This document shows, piece by piece, positions 36,891 to 49,534 of a DNA stretch of 64,000 nucleotides (positions are counted from its first letter, which is position 1; every line of letters starts with the position of its first letter). A program made the translations under genes and the position numbers. This stretch comes from Thermoanaerobaculia bacterium (GTDB taxonomy: Bacteria > Acidobacteriota > Thermoanaerobaculia > Multivoradales > Multivoraceae), in contig OY762911.1 of assembly GCA_963666565.1 (NCBI GenBank), positions 3,520,001 through 3,584,000 of the forward strand, given 5' to 3'. A model generated the notes under the pieces. It searched no databases. It was not told the DNA's origin and saw only the letters and a program-made list of their open reading frames with translations.

Positions 36891-36927
36891 GGACGCCGCT
36901 CCTTTCTGGCTGCCTGTGGGGTCCTCG

Positions 36928-37644
36928 TTACTCCGGCTTGAAGACGAAGTTCACGGTTGCGTCGCCGCTGTCTCCGACCTCGACGGTCTCCGAGTAGATC
37001 TTGAACCGCTCGAACTCGTGCCGGGCCTCGATCGTGTAGGTGCCGGCAGGCACGTTCTCGATGCGGAACGAGCCGTCGGCGCCCGACACCGCGTAGAACG
37101 GATGGTCGACGACGGTCACCCAGGAAGTCATCCAGGGATGGACGTCGCACTTGATCCGGAAGCGCTCCGTCTTGTCGAAGCTGTAGTCGGCCTCGGTGAC
37201 GCTGGCCGGCATCGCCCGGTTGAACGGGGGGTTGTCCTTGGACAGCGAGTGGACGTTGTGCAGCAGGCCGTCCGAGTTCTTCACCTTGAACTGCTGCCCG
37301 ACCTGGATGCCCATGACGCGCGGCGTGTAGATGCAGCCGTTCTGGTCCATGACGACCGGCTGCGAAGGCGCGTCGAAGGACTTCCCTTCGAGGCCGTCGG
37401 TGATCACCAGAAAGACGTTGGCGAAGGCGCCGTCATCCCCGATCGTGAAGGTCTGGTCGAGGACCGTGCCGCTGTGCTTCTCGGCGCACTTCGGATCCGC
37501 GTCCATCCTCATCGGGCGTTGCGGAGGCGTGCGGCCTTCGTAGGTCACCTTGCCGACGATCGTGCCGCCGAGCGCGACCGAGGAAGAAGCCAGGGCGAGG
37601 GCGAGAAGAACGGCACAGACGCGGATCGTCTGCTTCGGAATCAT
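36928..37644 (-). CDS. Exported protein with an amicyanin-like cupredoxin motif (often annotated carboxypeptidase regulatory-like domain)
   Basis: Signal peptide; DQNGCIY; LHNVH; CDVHPWM. AAGGAG SD before the ATG at 37644. Confidence 0.75.
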   Translation of the reverse strand: MIPKQTIRVCAVLLALALASSSVALGGTIVGKVTYEGRTPPQRPMRMDADPKCAEKHSGTVLDQTFTIGDDGAFANVFLVITDGLEGKSFDAPSQPVVMDQNGCIYTPRVMGIQVGQQFKVKNSDGLLHNVHSLSKDNPPFNRAMPASVTEADYSFDKTERFRIKCDVHPWMTSWVTVVDHPFYAVSGADGSFRIENVPAGTYTIEARHEFERFKIYSETVEVGDSGDATVNFVFKPE

Positions 37645-37759
37645 GTCGATGCTCCTTGACGGGAGAGTGGTTGCGAGTGTCTTGAGCGAAGGCAGCGTAG
37701 CAAGGACGGGCGGGCGGAACAAGACGGCCGGCGAACGGACGGTGCGGCCCGGAAACGGC

Positions 37760-38995
37760 TCAGATGTTCTCGAAGGCCAGGGACTCCGCCAGCCGCGGGT
37801 CGCGCGCCGGCACCAGCGAGCCGCGGCCCAGCAGCCAGCCCGCCGCCGCGAGGAAGATCCCGCCGACGCCGAGCAGGGAGGTCGCGTCGAGCAGGCTGAA
37901 CGTCATCTCCCGGTGCAGGTTCGGCATGACCAGCCAGAACACGTCCCAGAGATGCATGGCCAGCATCCAGACGGCGCCGATCAGCAGCAGGGCGCGGTTG
38001 CGCTTGATCGTCCGCGGCATGAGGAAGAAGAAGGGCACGGCGAAGTGGCCGATGGCCAGCAGCATGGTCGCCGGGCGCCAGGCCGCCGGGTTGTCGGCCG
38101 TGCCGTGCAGCCGGCTCAGGAACCAGTTCGTCTCCTCCGGAATGTTCGCGTACCAGATGAGGAAGAACTGGCTGAAGGCGATGTAGGCCCAGAACACGGT
38201 GAAGGCGAACAGCAGCTTGCCGAGATCGTGGAAGTGCTCGCCGGTGACCACGCCCCGGAAGTGGCCCGTGCGCTCGAAGACCAGGGTGAACACGGTGAGC
38301 GCCGCGAACGCCGAGACGACCGTGCCGGCGAAGAAGTAGACGCCGAACATCGTCGAGTACCAGTGCGGCTCCAGCGACATCAGCCAGTCGAAACCGGCGA
38401 ACGTCAGCGTTACGGCGAACAGGGCGACGGCAGCGGGGCTGAACCGCGCCATGCGGCGGGAGAGGGCCTCGTCTCCGCTCTCGTCCTGCCGCCGCGACGC
38501 GGTCCGGAACCAGAGGGCCAGGCCGCTCCAGACCAGGAAGTAGATCGTCGTGCGAATCCAGAAGCCGGTCTCGTTGAGCCACGGCGCCTTGACCTGCAGC
38601 AGCCGGTCGTGGGCCACCGCGTCGGCGTGAGTCCAGTGGAACAGGTCGTACATGCCGAGGGCCACGACCGGAACGAACAGCACCGCCAGCACCGGCACGG
38701 TGCAGGCCAGGTTCTCCGCGAGGCGGCGCACGACAACGCCCCAGCCGGCCTTCGTCGCGTGGTGGATCAGCACGAAGAACAGGCAGCCGAGGCCGATGCA
38801 GAGGAAGAACACGACCGCCACCAGCCAGGAGTGGTAGAACTGCTTCGCGCTCTCCTTCGAGCCCATCGCCAGCACGATGGACAGCACCGTGCCGAGGATG
38901 CCGGCCGCGCCGGCGACGAGCGGCAGCCGCGCCCAGGAGCTGCCCGGCCGGATGACGAGCCGATCGAGGCGAACGATGCGGGGTTCGTGGGCCAT
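37760..38995 (-). CDS. actF: Alternative complex III subunit ActF
   Basis: Polytopic membrane protein; KAGWGVVVRR..E; DWLMSLEPHWYSTMFG; HDLGKLLFAF; FWAYIAFSQFFLIWYANIPEE. TGATG overlap with actD. Confidence 0.88.
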   Translation of the reverse strand: MAHEPRIVRLDRLVIRPGSSWARLPLVAGAAGILGTVLSIVLAMGSKESAKQFYHSWLVAVVFFLCIGLGCLFFVLIHHATKAGWGVVVRRLAENLACTVPVLAVLFVPVVALGMYDLFHWTHADAVAHDRLLQVKAPWLNETGFWIRTTIYFLVWSGLALWFRTASRRQDESGDEALSRRMARFSPAAVALFAVTLTFAGFDWLMSLEPHWYSTMFGVYFFAGTVVSAFAALTVFTLVFERTGHFRGVVTGEHFHDLGKLLFAFTVFWAYIAFSQFFLIWYANIPEETNWFLSRLHGTADNPAAWRPATMLLAIGHFAVPFFFLMPRTIKRNRALLLIGAVWMLAMHLWDVFWLVMPNLHREMTFSLLDATSLLGVGGIFLAAAGWLLGRGSLVPARDPRLAESLAFENI

Positions 38996-39603
38996 CAGGC
39001 GTCCCCTTCCCCGTCGTCGGTGTCGATCGGATCCTCGATCGGCACGTGCTCGACCTCGACCGCGCCGAGCCCGCTCAGGAACTCGGCCGTGGCCCGGTCG
39101 TCGTACTTCGGATCCCAGGCCTCGATCGCGATGAACAGGCCGTCGTCCGTCACCCGCGAGAAGGTCTCGGACCGGAACAGGGGATGGTGGTAGGTCGGCA
39201 GCTTGTTGAAGGCGAACATCCCGAGCACCGCGCCCAGCGCCGCGCCCAGCACGCCGAGCTCGAAGGTGACCGGCACGAAGGCCGGCCAGGTGAACAGCGG
39301 CTTGCCGCTGATGATCAGCGGGTAGGCCTGGATGTGGACCCAGCTCTGCAGGGCGAAGCCCAGCCCGGCGCCGGTCAGTCCCGTCGCCAGGACGAGGAAC
39401 GGCAGCCTGGACGGCTTGAGACCCATCGCCTTCTCCAGGCCGTGGACCGGGAACGGCGTCAGCGCGTCCCACTTCGAGTAGCCGGCGTCGCGGACCGCCT
39501 CGCAGGCGCGGTAGAGCGCCTTGGCGGTCTCGAAGCGGGCCAGCACGCCGTAGTGGCTGTAGCCCGCCGACGCTTCCGGCACGTCCAGGGTCATCAGGCC
39601 CAT
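38995..39603 (-). CDS. actD: Alternative complex III subunit ActD (DUF3341)
   Basis: DALTPFPVHGL, YPLIISGKP, AFVPVTFELGVL, RVTDDGLFIAI. Confidence 0.9.
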   Translation of the reverse strand: MGLMTLDVPEASAGYSHYGVLARFETAKALYRACEAVRDAGYSKWDALTPFPVHGLEKAMGLKPSRLPFLVLATGLTGAGLGFALQSWVHIQAYPLIISGKPLFTWPAFVPVTFELGVLGAALGAVLGMFAFNKLPTYHHPLFRSETFSRVTDDGLFIAIEAWDPKYDDRATAEFLSGLGAVEVEHVPIEDPIDTDDGEGDA

Positions 39604-39604
39604 G

Positions 39605-41065
<1,461 letters not shown>

Positions 41066-41126
41066 CGAGGGCGAAGAAGTAGGGCGGCTGTGCCCTCAGG
41101 GACGGGCCGGGCCACGGATCGCGCGG

Positions 41127-41155
41127 AAGCTAACACCGGCCCCTATCCGGGTCAA
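41127..41155 (-). promoter_or_regulatory. Sigma70-type promoter for the actC operon
   Basis: On the minus strand, TTGACC (41155-41150), 17 bp, then TAGCTT (41132-41127) preceded by TGn. Confidence 0.65.
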
Positions 41156-41195
41156 GGAAACGGCGCGAACGCTCCCAAGCGCCTAGAATGAGTCC

Positions 41196-41996
41196 ATGAC
41201 GCGCACACCGACTTCCACGCTTCGATCGGCCCCGTTCACGGCCCTCCTTCCCATCGTCCTGGCCCTTGCCGCGGCCGGCTGCGGCGGCGCCGCCCCGGAC
41301 GGCGGCGCCGGCGAGGCCGCGCCCGCGGCCGAAGCGCCGCCCGCCGAACCGCTCGGCAGCAGCTCGATCGCCGGAACCGTCCGCTTCGACGGCGACGTGC
41401 CGGAACTCCGCCCGCTCGACATGGACGCGGATCCGGCCTGCGCCGCCAAGCACGACGGACCCGTGTACCCGGAGATCCTCGCGGTCGGCGACCGGGCCGG
41501 CCTCGGCAACGTCCTCGTCTACGTCGCCGACAACGTGCCCCAGGGCCCCTACCCGCCGGCCACGCCGCCCGTCATCGACCAGCAGGGCTGCCGCTACACC
41601 CCCCGCGTCGCCGGCATCGTGGTCGGCCAGGAACTCAGGGTCCTGAACTCGGACGACCTGCTCCACAACGTCCACTCCCTGTCCGAGGTCAACCGCCCCT
41701 TCAACCGCGCGATGCCGGCCGCCATCAAGCAGGCCACCTTCTCCTTCACCGACGAGGAACCCGCCTTCCGCATCAAGTGCGACGTCCACCCCTGGATGTC
41801 GAGTTATCTGGCCGTCTTCAGCCACCCCTACTTCGCCGTCACCGGCCCCGACGGCTCGTTCGAGATCCCCGGCCTCCCCGCCGGCACCTACACCATCGAA
41901 GCCTGGCACGAACGTCTCGGGACCCAACGCTCCGGCGTCACCCTCCTCGACGGCCTCGCCGCCTCCGTCGATCTCACGTTCTCCGTTCCGCAGTAG
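41196..41996 (+). CDS. Lipoprotein with an amicyanin-like cupredoxin motif, paralog of 36928..37644
   Basis: Lipobox LAAAGC; MDADPACA; DQQGCRY; LHNVH; CDVHPWM. TAGAAT lies 6 nt before the ATG. Confidence 0.78.
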   Translation: MTRTPTSTLRSAPFTALLPIVLALAAAGCGGAAPDGGAGEAAPAAEAPPAEPLGSSSIAGTVRFDGDVPELRPLDMDADPACAAKHDGPVYPEILAVGDRAGLGNVLVYVADNVPQGPYPPATPPVIDQQGCRYTPRVAGIVVGQELRVLNSDDLLHNVHSLSEVNRPFNRAMPAAIKQATFSFTDEEPAFRIKCDVHPWMSSYLAVFSHPYFAVTGPDGSFEIPGLPAGTYTIEAWHERLGTQRSGVTLLDGLAASVDLTFSVPQ

Positions 41997-42026
41997 CCCA
42001 GCCCGGGCGGTCACGGACGGGGCGGC

Positions 42027-42683
42027 CTACTTCCCAAGCGTCCGCCACAGTTCGGCGAGCGCGTCGTCCGGGTCGTCGACCTTGATCGTCGTCATGCCGA
42101 GCGCCCGGGCGCTCTTCAGGTTCGAGCCGATGTCGTCGAGGAAGACCGCCTCGCTCGGCTCGACGCCGATCCGGCCGCAGGCCAGCCGGTAGATGGCCGG
42201 ATCCGGCTTGCGCAGGCCGACGACGCTCGACTCGACGTAGTCGTCGAAGAGCGCCCGCACCTCCGCCCGCATCGCGGCCTCCTCCGCGTCCTTCGGCGCC
42301 CGCTCCTCCTCGCTGACCCAGTTGTTCGTCAGCGCCGCCACCGTGTAGCCCTCGGCCCGCAGCCGCCGCAGCGCCTCGATCATCCGCGGCCGCGGCGCCG
42401 ACTCCTCGGCGATCGCCGCCATCATTTCCTCCGCCGAGAAGCGTTCGGCCACCGAGGGGTCGGCCGCCCCGACGTCGGCGTCGAAGGCGGCGAAGAACTC
42501 CGGCCCCATGACCAGTTCTCCCCGCTCCATCCGCTGCCAGGATCCTCCCGGCCCGGCCGAGACCACCAGCCGGTTGACGAAGTTCTCCTCGATCCCGTTC
42601 GCCTGTTCGTAGCGCCGGATGGCGTGCAGCGGCGAACCGAAGACGACTCCCCCCAGGTCGAAGATGACTGCCTTGTACTCCAT
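42027..42683 (-). CDS. HAD family phosphatase (epoxide hydrolase N-terminal-like)
   Basis: AVIFDLGGV, ALTNNW, GLRKPDPAIY, VFLDDIGSNL. Confidence 0.88.
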   Translation of the reverse strand: MEYKAVIFDLGGVVFGSPLHAIRRYEQANGIEENFVNRLVVSAGPGGSWQRMERGELVMGPEFFAAFDADVGAADPSVAERFSAEEMMAAIAEESAPRPRMIEALRRLRAEGYTVAALTNNWVSEEERAPKDAEEAAMRAEVRALFDDYVESSVVGLRKPDPAIYRLACGRIGVEPSEAVFLDDIGSNLKSARALGMTTIKVDDPDDALAELWRTLGK

Positions 42684-42760
42684 GAACGCTCCCTTCCCCG
42701 TGCATCCGCCTTCCGGCCGGCATCGAGCCGCGAAACGGCGAGCCCGGGTTTGCCCGTTTC

Positions 42761-43801
42761 CTATCTCCTCAAGGTGGCCGGCAGCGTCAGCGGAGGGGCC
42801 GGCGCCACGTTCGAGGCGATGAACCGCTCCTGCCGCCAGCGGTAGTCCAGAACGTGGTTGCGGGGATCGACGGGCTCGTAGCTCCCGTCGCCGCGCCGGC
42901 GCAGCACGCCGTAGTGGAGGTTCGGCTCCACGCTCCAGCCCGTCGCGCCGACCGTTCCGATGCGCTGTCCCCGCTCGACGGATTCGCCAGGCCGAACCTC
43001 GGTCGCGTCGAGATGCCCGAACAGGGTGACGAACCGGTCGCCGTGGCGGATGCCCACGATCCGCCCGTAGCGAATCCAGGCCCGGCCGAGGGCGGCGCCC
43101 CGTCCCGCGTAGGTCACCCGTCCCGCCGCGGTGGCGCGGACCGGGGCGCCCGCGGAAGCCGCGAGGTCGATTCCGTTGTGGAACTCCTCCACGCCGGTGA
43201 CCCGGTTCTTCGTCTCCCCGAACGGGGCGACGAGGACGAAGTCGTCGCCCCCGAGCGGAACGATCGAGGGCGTCAGGTCGACGATTTCGGGTTCCGCCCG
43301 CTCGATCTCGACGGCGGCCCGCAGGCGGTCCTCGATGCGCCCGGCCACCCGTTCCACGTCCTCCTCGACGCCCGTTTCGATCAGCACCACCTGGCCCTGC
43401 CGCAGGGTCAGGGCCGGCTCCTCCAGGACGTCGACGGCCTCGCCGCAACCCTCGTTCGCCGGCCCGCCGAGTCCGTAAGCCAGCACGATCTTGCACAGCC
43501 GCCCGTCGAGCTCCGAAGCCAGCCGGCGCACCTCGGAGTAGCGTTCGGCCAGCGCTTCGAAACGGGCCGCGAGCCGCCGGTTCTCCTCCAGCGCCTCGAC
43601 CTGCTCGGCCCGGGAGAGTTGCGAACGCGCCACGGTCGGCGCGGCCAGGCCGGCGTTGACCGCGAAGGCGCAAGCGAGGATCAGGGCCGCGAAGCCGAGC
43701 CGAAGCCTCAGGGACGTCACCTCGAAGCGGCGCACGCGCCCGCGCCGCCCGTGCATCTGAAGCTGCCCGAGGCGGACGCCGCCGCCGGTACGCTCAGGCA
43801 T
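42761..43801 (-). CDS. M23 family metallopeptidase with a coiled coil
   Basis: FHNGIDL, FGHL, VGATGWSVEPNLHY, PVDP; N-terminal transmembrane segment. Confidence 0.85.
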   Translation of the reverse strand: MPERTGGGVRLGQLQMHGRRGRVRRFEVTSLRLRLGFAALILACAFAVNAGLAAPTVARSQLSRAEQVEALEENRRLAARFEALAERYSEVRRLASELDGRLCKIVLAYGLGGPANEGCGEAVDVLEEPALTLRQGQVVLIETGVEEDVERVAGRIEDRLRAAVEIERAEPEIVDLTPSIVPLGGDDFVLVAPFGETKNRVTGVEEFHNGIDLAASAGAPVRATAAGRVTYAGRGAALGRAWIRYGRIVGIRHGDRFVTLFGHLDATEVRPGESVERGQRIGTVGATGWSVEPNLHYGVLRRRGDGSYEPVDPRNHVLDYRWRQERFIASNVAPAPPLTLPATLRR

Positions 43802-45290
43802 CGACCCGGGCCGCCCCCCTGCCGGCCAGACGGCCGAAGACCGCGCCAGCGGTCAGCCCCGAGCCGCCCGGGTAGTTGTCGTGGAACAGGCCCCCCACGA
43901 GTTCGCCGGCCGCGAACAGGTTCGGAATCGGGCGGCCGTCCTCGTCGAGCACCCTGGCCCGCCGGTCGACCGCCAGGCCGCCGAAGGTGAACGTGATGCC
44001 GCAGGTCACGGCGAAGGCCTCGAACGGCGGCTTCTCCAGCGGATTGGCCCAGTTCGACTTGTTGACGGCGAGGCCGCTCGTCGAGCGGCCGTCGCGGACG
44101 CTCGGGTCGAAGCGGACATCGCGGCGCACCGCGGCGTTGAAGTCGCGGACCGTCCGCAGGAACGCTCCGGCGTCGACGCCGTCGAGGCCCGCCGCCAGTT
44201 CCGGGAGCGAACCCGCTTCGACCCGGGTCGCGTGCGGCTTCCGGTACTCGTCCCGCAGCAGGTGCGCCACCTGGGCGTCGAAAACCTGCCAGGCGAAACG
44301 GCCCGGCTGCTCGAGCACCTCGCGGCCGTACCGGGCGTAGGTGTAGTTGCGGAAGTCCGCGCCTTCGTCCAGGAACCGCTCTCCCCGCGCGTTGACGACG
44401 ATGCCGAGCGGATAGCTGTGCTTCTGGTAGCGGTGGCGGACCTCCAGGTTGCCCACCGCGGGCGCGTTCAGGTCCCAGGCCACGGCGTGGCAGCCCGACC
44501 ACTGCCCGGCCCGCCCGGCGCCGGCTTCGAGCGCCATGCGGATGCCGTCTCCCTCGTTGTAGCGGCTGCCGCGGACCCTGGCCGCCTCCCAGCCCTCGCC
44601 GAGATGGCGGCGCCTCCAGTCGGCGTTCGCCTCGAAGCCGCCGCTGGCGAGGACGACGGCGTCGGCCGCCAGCACGCGCCGCGCCGACGACTCCTCGACT
44701 TCGACGCCGCGGACGCCGCCGTTCTCCCGGACGAGTCCGACCGCCCGGCAGCCGTAGCGGGTCTCGACGCCGGCCTTCGCCGCCGCCCGCTCCATCGCCG
44801 CGACCAGGCCGGGACCGCCGCCGCGCGCCTGCAGCGTCAGGCCGCCCCAGAACCGGCGCTTGCCGTCGACCTCGAAGGCCTGGCCGGCGTAGAGAGGAAC
44901 GAACTCCACGCCGAGCTCGCGCATCCAGCGCAGCGTCGGCCGGCTCCGGGCCACGAGGGTCGAGGCGAGTTCCGGATCGGCCCGGCCGCCGCCGGTCCGT
45001 TCGAGATCCTCGGCGAACCGCTCCTTCGGGTAGGTCCCGAAGTCGCTGGCGGCGATCTCCTCCTCGGTCAGGCCGCCGGCCACTTCCCGCAACTCGTCGA
45101 GGCCGCGGTAGGCGAAGCGCATCGCCGCCATCGTGAAGCGGCTGTTGCCGCCCCGCTCGGCCCGCGGCGCCCGTTCGAGCGCGGTCACCGCCGCGCCTTC
45201 CTCGCGAGCCGCGAGGGCCGCGCACAGCGCCGCGTTGCCGGCGCCGACGACGATCACCCGCCGGCTGTTGTCTGCTGACCGGTGCTCCAT
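43794..45290 (-). CDS. tcuA: FAD-dependent tricarballylate dehydrogenase TcuA-like
   Basis: VVGAGNAALCAA, GGNSRFT, GGFEAN, GCHAVAWD, YQKHSYP, DEGADFRNYTYA, GITFTFGG, NYPGGSGL. Confidence 0.85.
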   Translation of the reverse strand: MEHRSADNSRRVIVVGAGNAALCAALAAREEGAAVTALERAPRAERGGNSRFTMAAMRFAYRGLDELREVAGGLTEEEIAASDFGTYPKERFAEDLERTGGGRADPELASTLVARSRPTLRWMRELGVEFVPLYAGQAFEVDGKRRFWGGLTLQARGGGPGLVAAMERAAAKAGVETRYGCRAVGLVRENGGVRGVEVEESSARRVLAADAVVLASGGFEANADWRRRHLGEGWEAARVRGSRYNEGDGIRMALEAGAGRAGQWSGCHAVAWDLNAPAVGNLEVRHRYQKHSYPLGIVVNARGERFLDEGADFRNYTYARYGREVLEQPGRFAWQVFDAQVAHLLRDEYRKPHATRVEAGSLPELAAGLDGVDAGAFLRTVRDFNAAVRRDVRFDPSVRDGRSTSGLAVNKSNWANPLEKPPFEAFAVTCGITFTFGGLAVDRRARVLDEDGRPIPNLFAAGELVGGLFHDNYPGGSGLTAGAVFGRLAGRGAARVDA

Positions 45291-45451
45291 CTCTCCTCGC
45301 CTTCCCGGCAGCAGAAGGTAGCGCAGATCCGCCGGACGCCCCGCCGGCTCGACGCGAACCGCCGGCGACCTCTCCCGATCGGCGCGCCTTTCTCCCCGGT
45401 CGGGGTACGTAGCGCGGCGCCCGGCAGGCGGTTACTGTAGGCCGTCTTCGC

Positions 45452-46258
45452 ATGGACGACTCGACGAGCAGCAACGACGCGGGCGGTCGCGGCGGCCGCT
45501 TCGCCGGCAAGGTCGCGGTCGTGACCGGCGCCGCAGGCGGCTTCGGCAAGGCGATCGCCCGCCGGCTGGCGGACGAGGGCGCCGCGGTGGCCCTCGCGGA
45601 CATCGACTCGGGCAAGGGGAAGCGCACCGCGGCTCAACTCGCCGGACGCGGCGCCAGGGTTCTCTTCGAGACGGTCGACGTCTCGAAGGGCGACGACCTG
45701 AAGCGCCTGATGGAGCGCGCCTGCGGCGCCTTCGGCGGCATGGACATCCTGGTGAACAACGCCGGCTACTGCCACCGGGCGAAGCCGCTGTGGAGACTCC
45801 CCGAAGCCGACTACGACCGGGTCTTCGAGGTCAACGTGAAGAGCGTCTACCTGGGCGCGGTACACGGCGTGCCGCGCCTGATCGAGCGCGGCGGCGGCGT
45901 CATCGTGAACACGGCGTCCATCGGCGCCATCCGACCCCGGCCGCTGATCACCGCGTACAACGCGACGAAGGGGGCGGTCATCACGATGACGCGGGGCCTG
46001 GCGACGGAACTCGCGCAGCACGGCATCCGGGTCAACGCGGTGAACCCCGTCGCGGCCGACACGGACTTCATGAAGGGCCCCTCCGGCGGGCGGAAGCTGG
46101 ACGACGCCGGACGGGACGTCCTCGAGAAGACGATCCCGCTCGGCCGGCTCGCCGAACCGGCGGACGTCGCCGCCGCCGTCGCCTACCTCGCCTCGGACGA
46201 CGCCTCGTTCCTCACCGGCGTCTGCCTCGACGTCGACGGAGGCCGCAGCATCGGCTGA
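45452..46258 (+). CDS. SDR family oxidoreductase (FabG-like)
   Basis: TGAAGGFG, NNAG, YNATK, VDGG. Confidence 0.9.
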   Translation: MDDSTSSNDAGGRGGRFAGKVAVVTGAAGGFGKAIARRLADEGAAVALADIDSGKGKRTAAQLAGRGARVLFETVDVSKGDDLKRLMERACGAFGGMDILVNNAGYCHRAKPLWRLPEADYDRVFEVNVKSVYLGAVHGVPRLIERGGGVIVNTASIGAIRPRPLITAYNATKGAVITMTRGLATELAQHGIRVNAVNPVAADTDFMKGPSGGRKLDDAGRDVLEKTIPLGRLAEPADVAAAVAYLASDDASFLTGVCLDVDGGRSIG

Positions 46259-46260
46259 CG

Positions 46261-46490
46261 CCCGCTGGGTGCGCGGGTCTCCGACCCGCCCGCTGGGTGC
46301 GCGGGTCTCCGACCCGCCCGCTGGGTGCGCGGGTCTTCCGACCCGCTCACGGGCGAAGCCGCGGAGCGGCGCAGCCCGAACAGCAAGGCCGCCGGCCGCA
46401 GGCCGGCGACGATAGTGGCGCCGGCCTCCCGGCCGGCACGTTTTTCCGGCCGCCTGCGGCGGCAAGCGGGTCGGAAGACCCGCGCACCCG
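46261..46490. repeat. REP cluster: three tandem copies and one inverted copy of GGGTGCGCGGGTC(T)TCCGACCCGC
   Basis: Units of about 28 bp at 46261, 46289 and 46317; inverted copy at 46466-46490; internal hairpin GCGGGTC/GACCCGC; located between convergent genes. Confidence 0.85.
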
Positions 46491-46512
46491 GCGGAGGGCA
46501 CCCGTCGGAGGG

Positions 46513-47802
46513 CTACGGCAGTTCGACGGCCCGGCCGCCGACGACGGTGCCGGCCGGCGCGCCGCGGAGCTTCCAGCCGGCGAAGGGCGTGTTGCGCGAC
46601 TTGCTCCGGAACGCGGGCGGGTCGACCTCGACCTCGCGGTCCAGGTCGATCAGCGTGACGTCGCCGGGCGAACCGGGGGCGAGGCTGCCGCCGGGGACGC
46701 CGAGGATCCGCGCCGGCGCCGCCGACAGCAGGTCGACCAGGCGCGCGAGATCGATCGCGCCATTCCCCACCAGCCGGTCCAGGCAAAGGCTGAGCGTCGT
46801 CTCCAGCCCGACGATGCCGTTCGGCGCGGCGACGAAGTCGAGCTCCTTCTCGTCCGGATGGTGCGGCGCGTGGTCGCTCGCGATCGCGTCGATGGCGCCC
46901 TCCGCGAGGCCCGCGACCAGGGCGTCCCGGTCGGCGGCGCTCCGGAGCGGCGGATGCATCTTGAAGTTCGGGTCGAGCCCCGAGTCGAACACGTCCTCGT
47001 CCGTCAGCAGGAGGTGATGGGCCGAGACCTCGCAGGTGACCCGGCAGCCGCCGGCCCTGGCGCCGCGGATCAGGTCCAGGCCGCGGGCGGTCGACATGTG
47101 CGCCAGGTGGTAGCGGCCGCCGGTGTCGGCCGCGAGGATCAGGTCGCGGGCGACCATCGCGTCGTCCGCGGCGCCGGGAATGCCCTCGACGCCGAGCCGG
47201 GTCGAGAACCGCCCCTCGTGCATCACGCCGTCGCCGGAGAGACGGAGCTCCTCGGCGTGCTGGATGACCGGCAGGTCGAAGTGCCGCGCGTAGCGCAGCG
47301 CCTGGCGCATCAGGGCGGCGTTCCAGACCGGCCGGCCGTCGTCCGAAACAGCCACCGCCCCGGCCCGCCGCTGCGCGCCGAACTCCGTCAGTTCGCGACC
47401 CTCCAGCCCCCTGCTCACGGCGGCGATCGGGTACACCCGGGCCCAGCCCGCCCGGTCCGCCTGCTTGAGCATGAACTCGGTGACCGACGGGTCGTCGTTC
47501 ACCGGCGCCGTGTTCGGCATGCAGGCGACGGCGGTGAACCCGCCGGCGGCGGCCGCCCGCGTGCCGGTCTCGATCGTCTCCTTGTACTCCTGCCCCGGCT
47601 CCCGCAGGTGGACGTGCATGTCGATCAGGCCGGGCGTCACGACGAGCCCGGAGGCGTCGATCTCGCGAACGCCGTCCGGCGCCTCGAGCCCCGGACCGCA
47701 GGCGCGGACCGCGCCGTCCTCGATCAGCACGTCCGCCGGACCGTCGAGCCCCTGGCTCGGGTCCACGACCCGGCCGCCCCGGATGAACAGCGTCCCGTTC
47801 AT
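46513..47802 (-). CDS. pyrC: Dihydroorotase (type I)
   Basis: PGLIDMHVHLREPG, CMPNT, SDDG, ASDHAPH, SKSRNTPF. Confidence 0.95.
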   Translation of the reverse strand: MNGTLFIRGGRVVDPSQGLDGPADVLIEDGAVRACGPGLEAPDGVREIDASGLVVTPGLIDMHVHLREPGQEYKETIETGTRAAAAGGFTAVACMPNTAPVNDDPSVTEFMLKQADRAGWARVYPIAAVSRGLEGRELTEFGAQRRAGAVAVSDDGRPVWNAALMRQALRYARHFDLPVIQHAEELRLSGDGVMHEGRFSTRLGVEGIPGAADDAMVARDLILAADTGGRYHLAHMSTARGLDLIRGARAGGCRVTCEVSAHHLLLTDEDVFDSGLDPNFKMHPPLRSAADRDALVAGLAEGAIDAIASDHAPHHPDEKELDFVAAPNGIVGLETTLSLCLDRLVGNGAIDLARLVDLLSAAPARILGVPGGSLAPGSPGDVTLIDLDREVEVDPPAFRSKSRNTPFAGWKLRGAPAGTVVGGRAVELP

Positions 47803-47881
47803 CGCGCCACCGGCGCCCGCCTCCGCACCGCCTTCTCGCCGCCCGCCGTCGTCCGCCCGCCGCGAATCGCCATCGATCCGC

Positions 47882-48834
<953 letters not shown>

Positions 48835-48838
<4 letters not shown>

Positions 48839-49392
48839 CCTTCCCGGTCGAGCAGCTCGACCATCTCCTTGCCGCCGTCGGTGGCGGCGTAGGAGACCTT
48901 GATCACTTCGGTGTCGGTCGTCTGCACGTGCTCGCCCACGCAGTCGGCATGGATCGGCAGTTCGCGGTGGCCCCGGTCGATCAGCACCGCCAGGCGGATC
49001 GCCCGCGGCCGGCCGTAGTCCATGATCAGGGCGTCCATCGCCGCCCGGATCGTGCGGCCGCTGTAGAGCACGTCGTCGCAGAGCACGACGATCCGGTCGT
49101 CGATCGGAACCGGCATGACGCTCTCCTTGACCACGGGCTGCGGAGCGACGGTCGAGAGATCGTCCCGGTAGAGCGTGATGTCGAGTACGCCGACCGGCAC
49201 CTCGACGCCCTCCGTGCGGGCGATCTCGGCGGCGATGAAGTCGGCCAGCGGCACTCCGCGCGTCCGCACTCCGACCAGCAACAGCGAGTCCGTGCCGCCG
49301 GCGCGCTCGACCACCTCGAGAGCCATGCGGCGCATCGTCCGCGCCATCTGCGGCGCGTCGAAGAGCGTCCTCTTGACGGTCAGCGCACTCAC
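48835..49392 (-). CDS. pyrR: Bifunctional pyrimidine regulator / uracil phosphoribosyltransferase
   Basis: [41 protein letters not shown]. Confidence 0.95.
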
Positions 49393-49468
49393 TGCCGCGG
49401 CAGCGTATCAGCGGCGCGCCGCGAACGCCACATGTTGTGGACATTCGCACCTGCCGGCACAACTCCTT

Positions 49469-49496
49469 GTGACTTATGCACGGATCCTGTTATGTT
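49469..49496 (+). promoter_or_regulatory. Possible sigma70 promoter for smc
   Basis: GTGACT, 16 bp, then TATGTT with a TGn extension, in the AT-richer pyrR/smc intergenic region. Confidence 0.4.
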
Positions 49497-49534
49497 CCCC
49501 TCGCGCCGGCCCCCGAACCCGGCCGACCCCGACG

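Noticed and set aside
46261-46345. Three ~28-bp direct repeats resembling a mini CRISPR array
   Set aside because: The units are contiguous with no spacers, there are no cas genes, and the same sequence occurs singly and inverted elsewhere, as expected for REPs.
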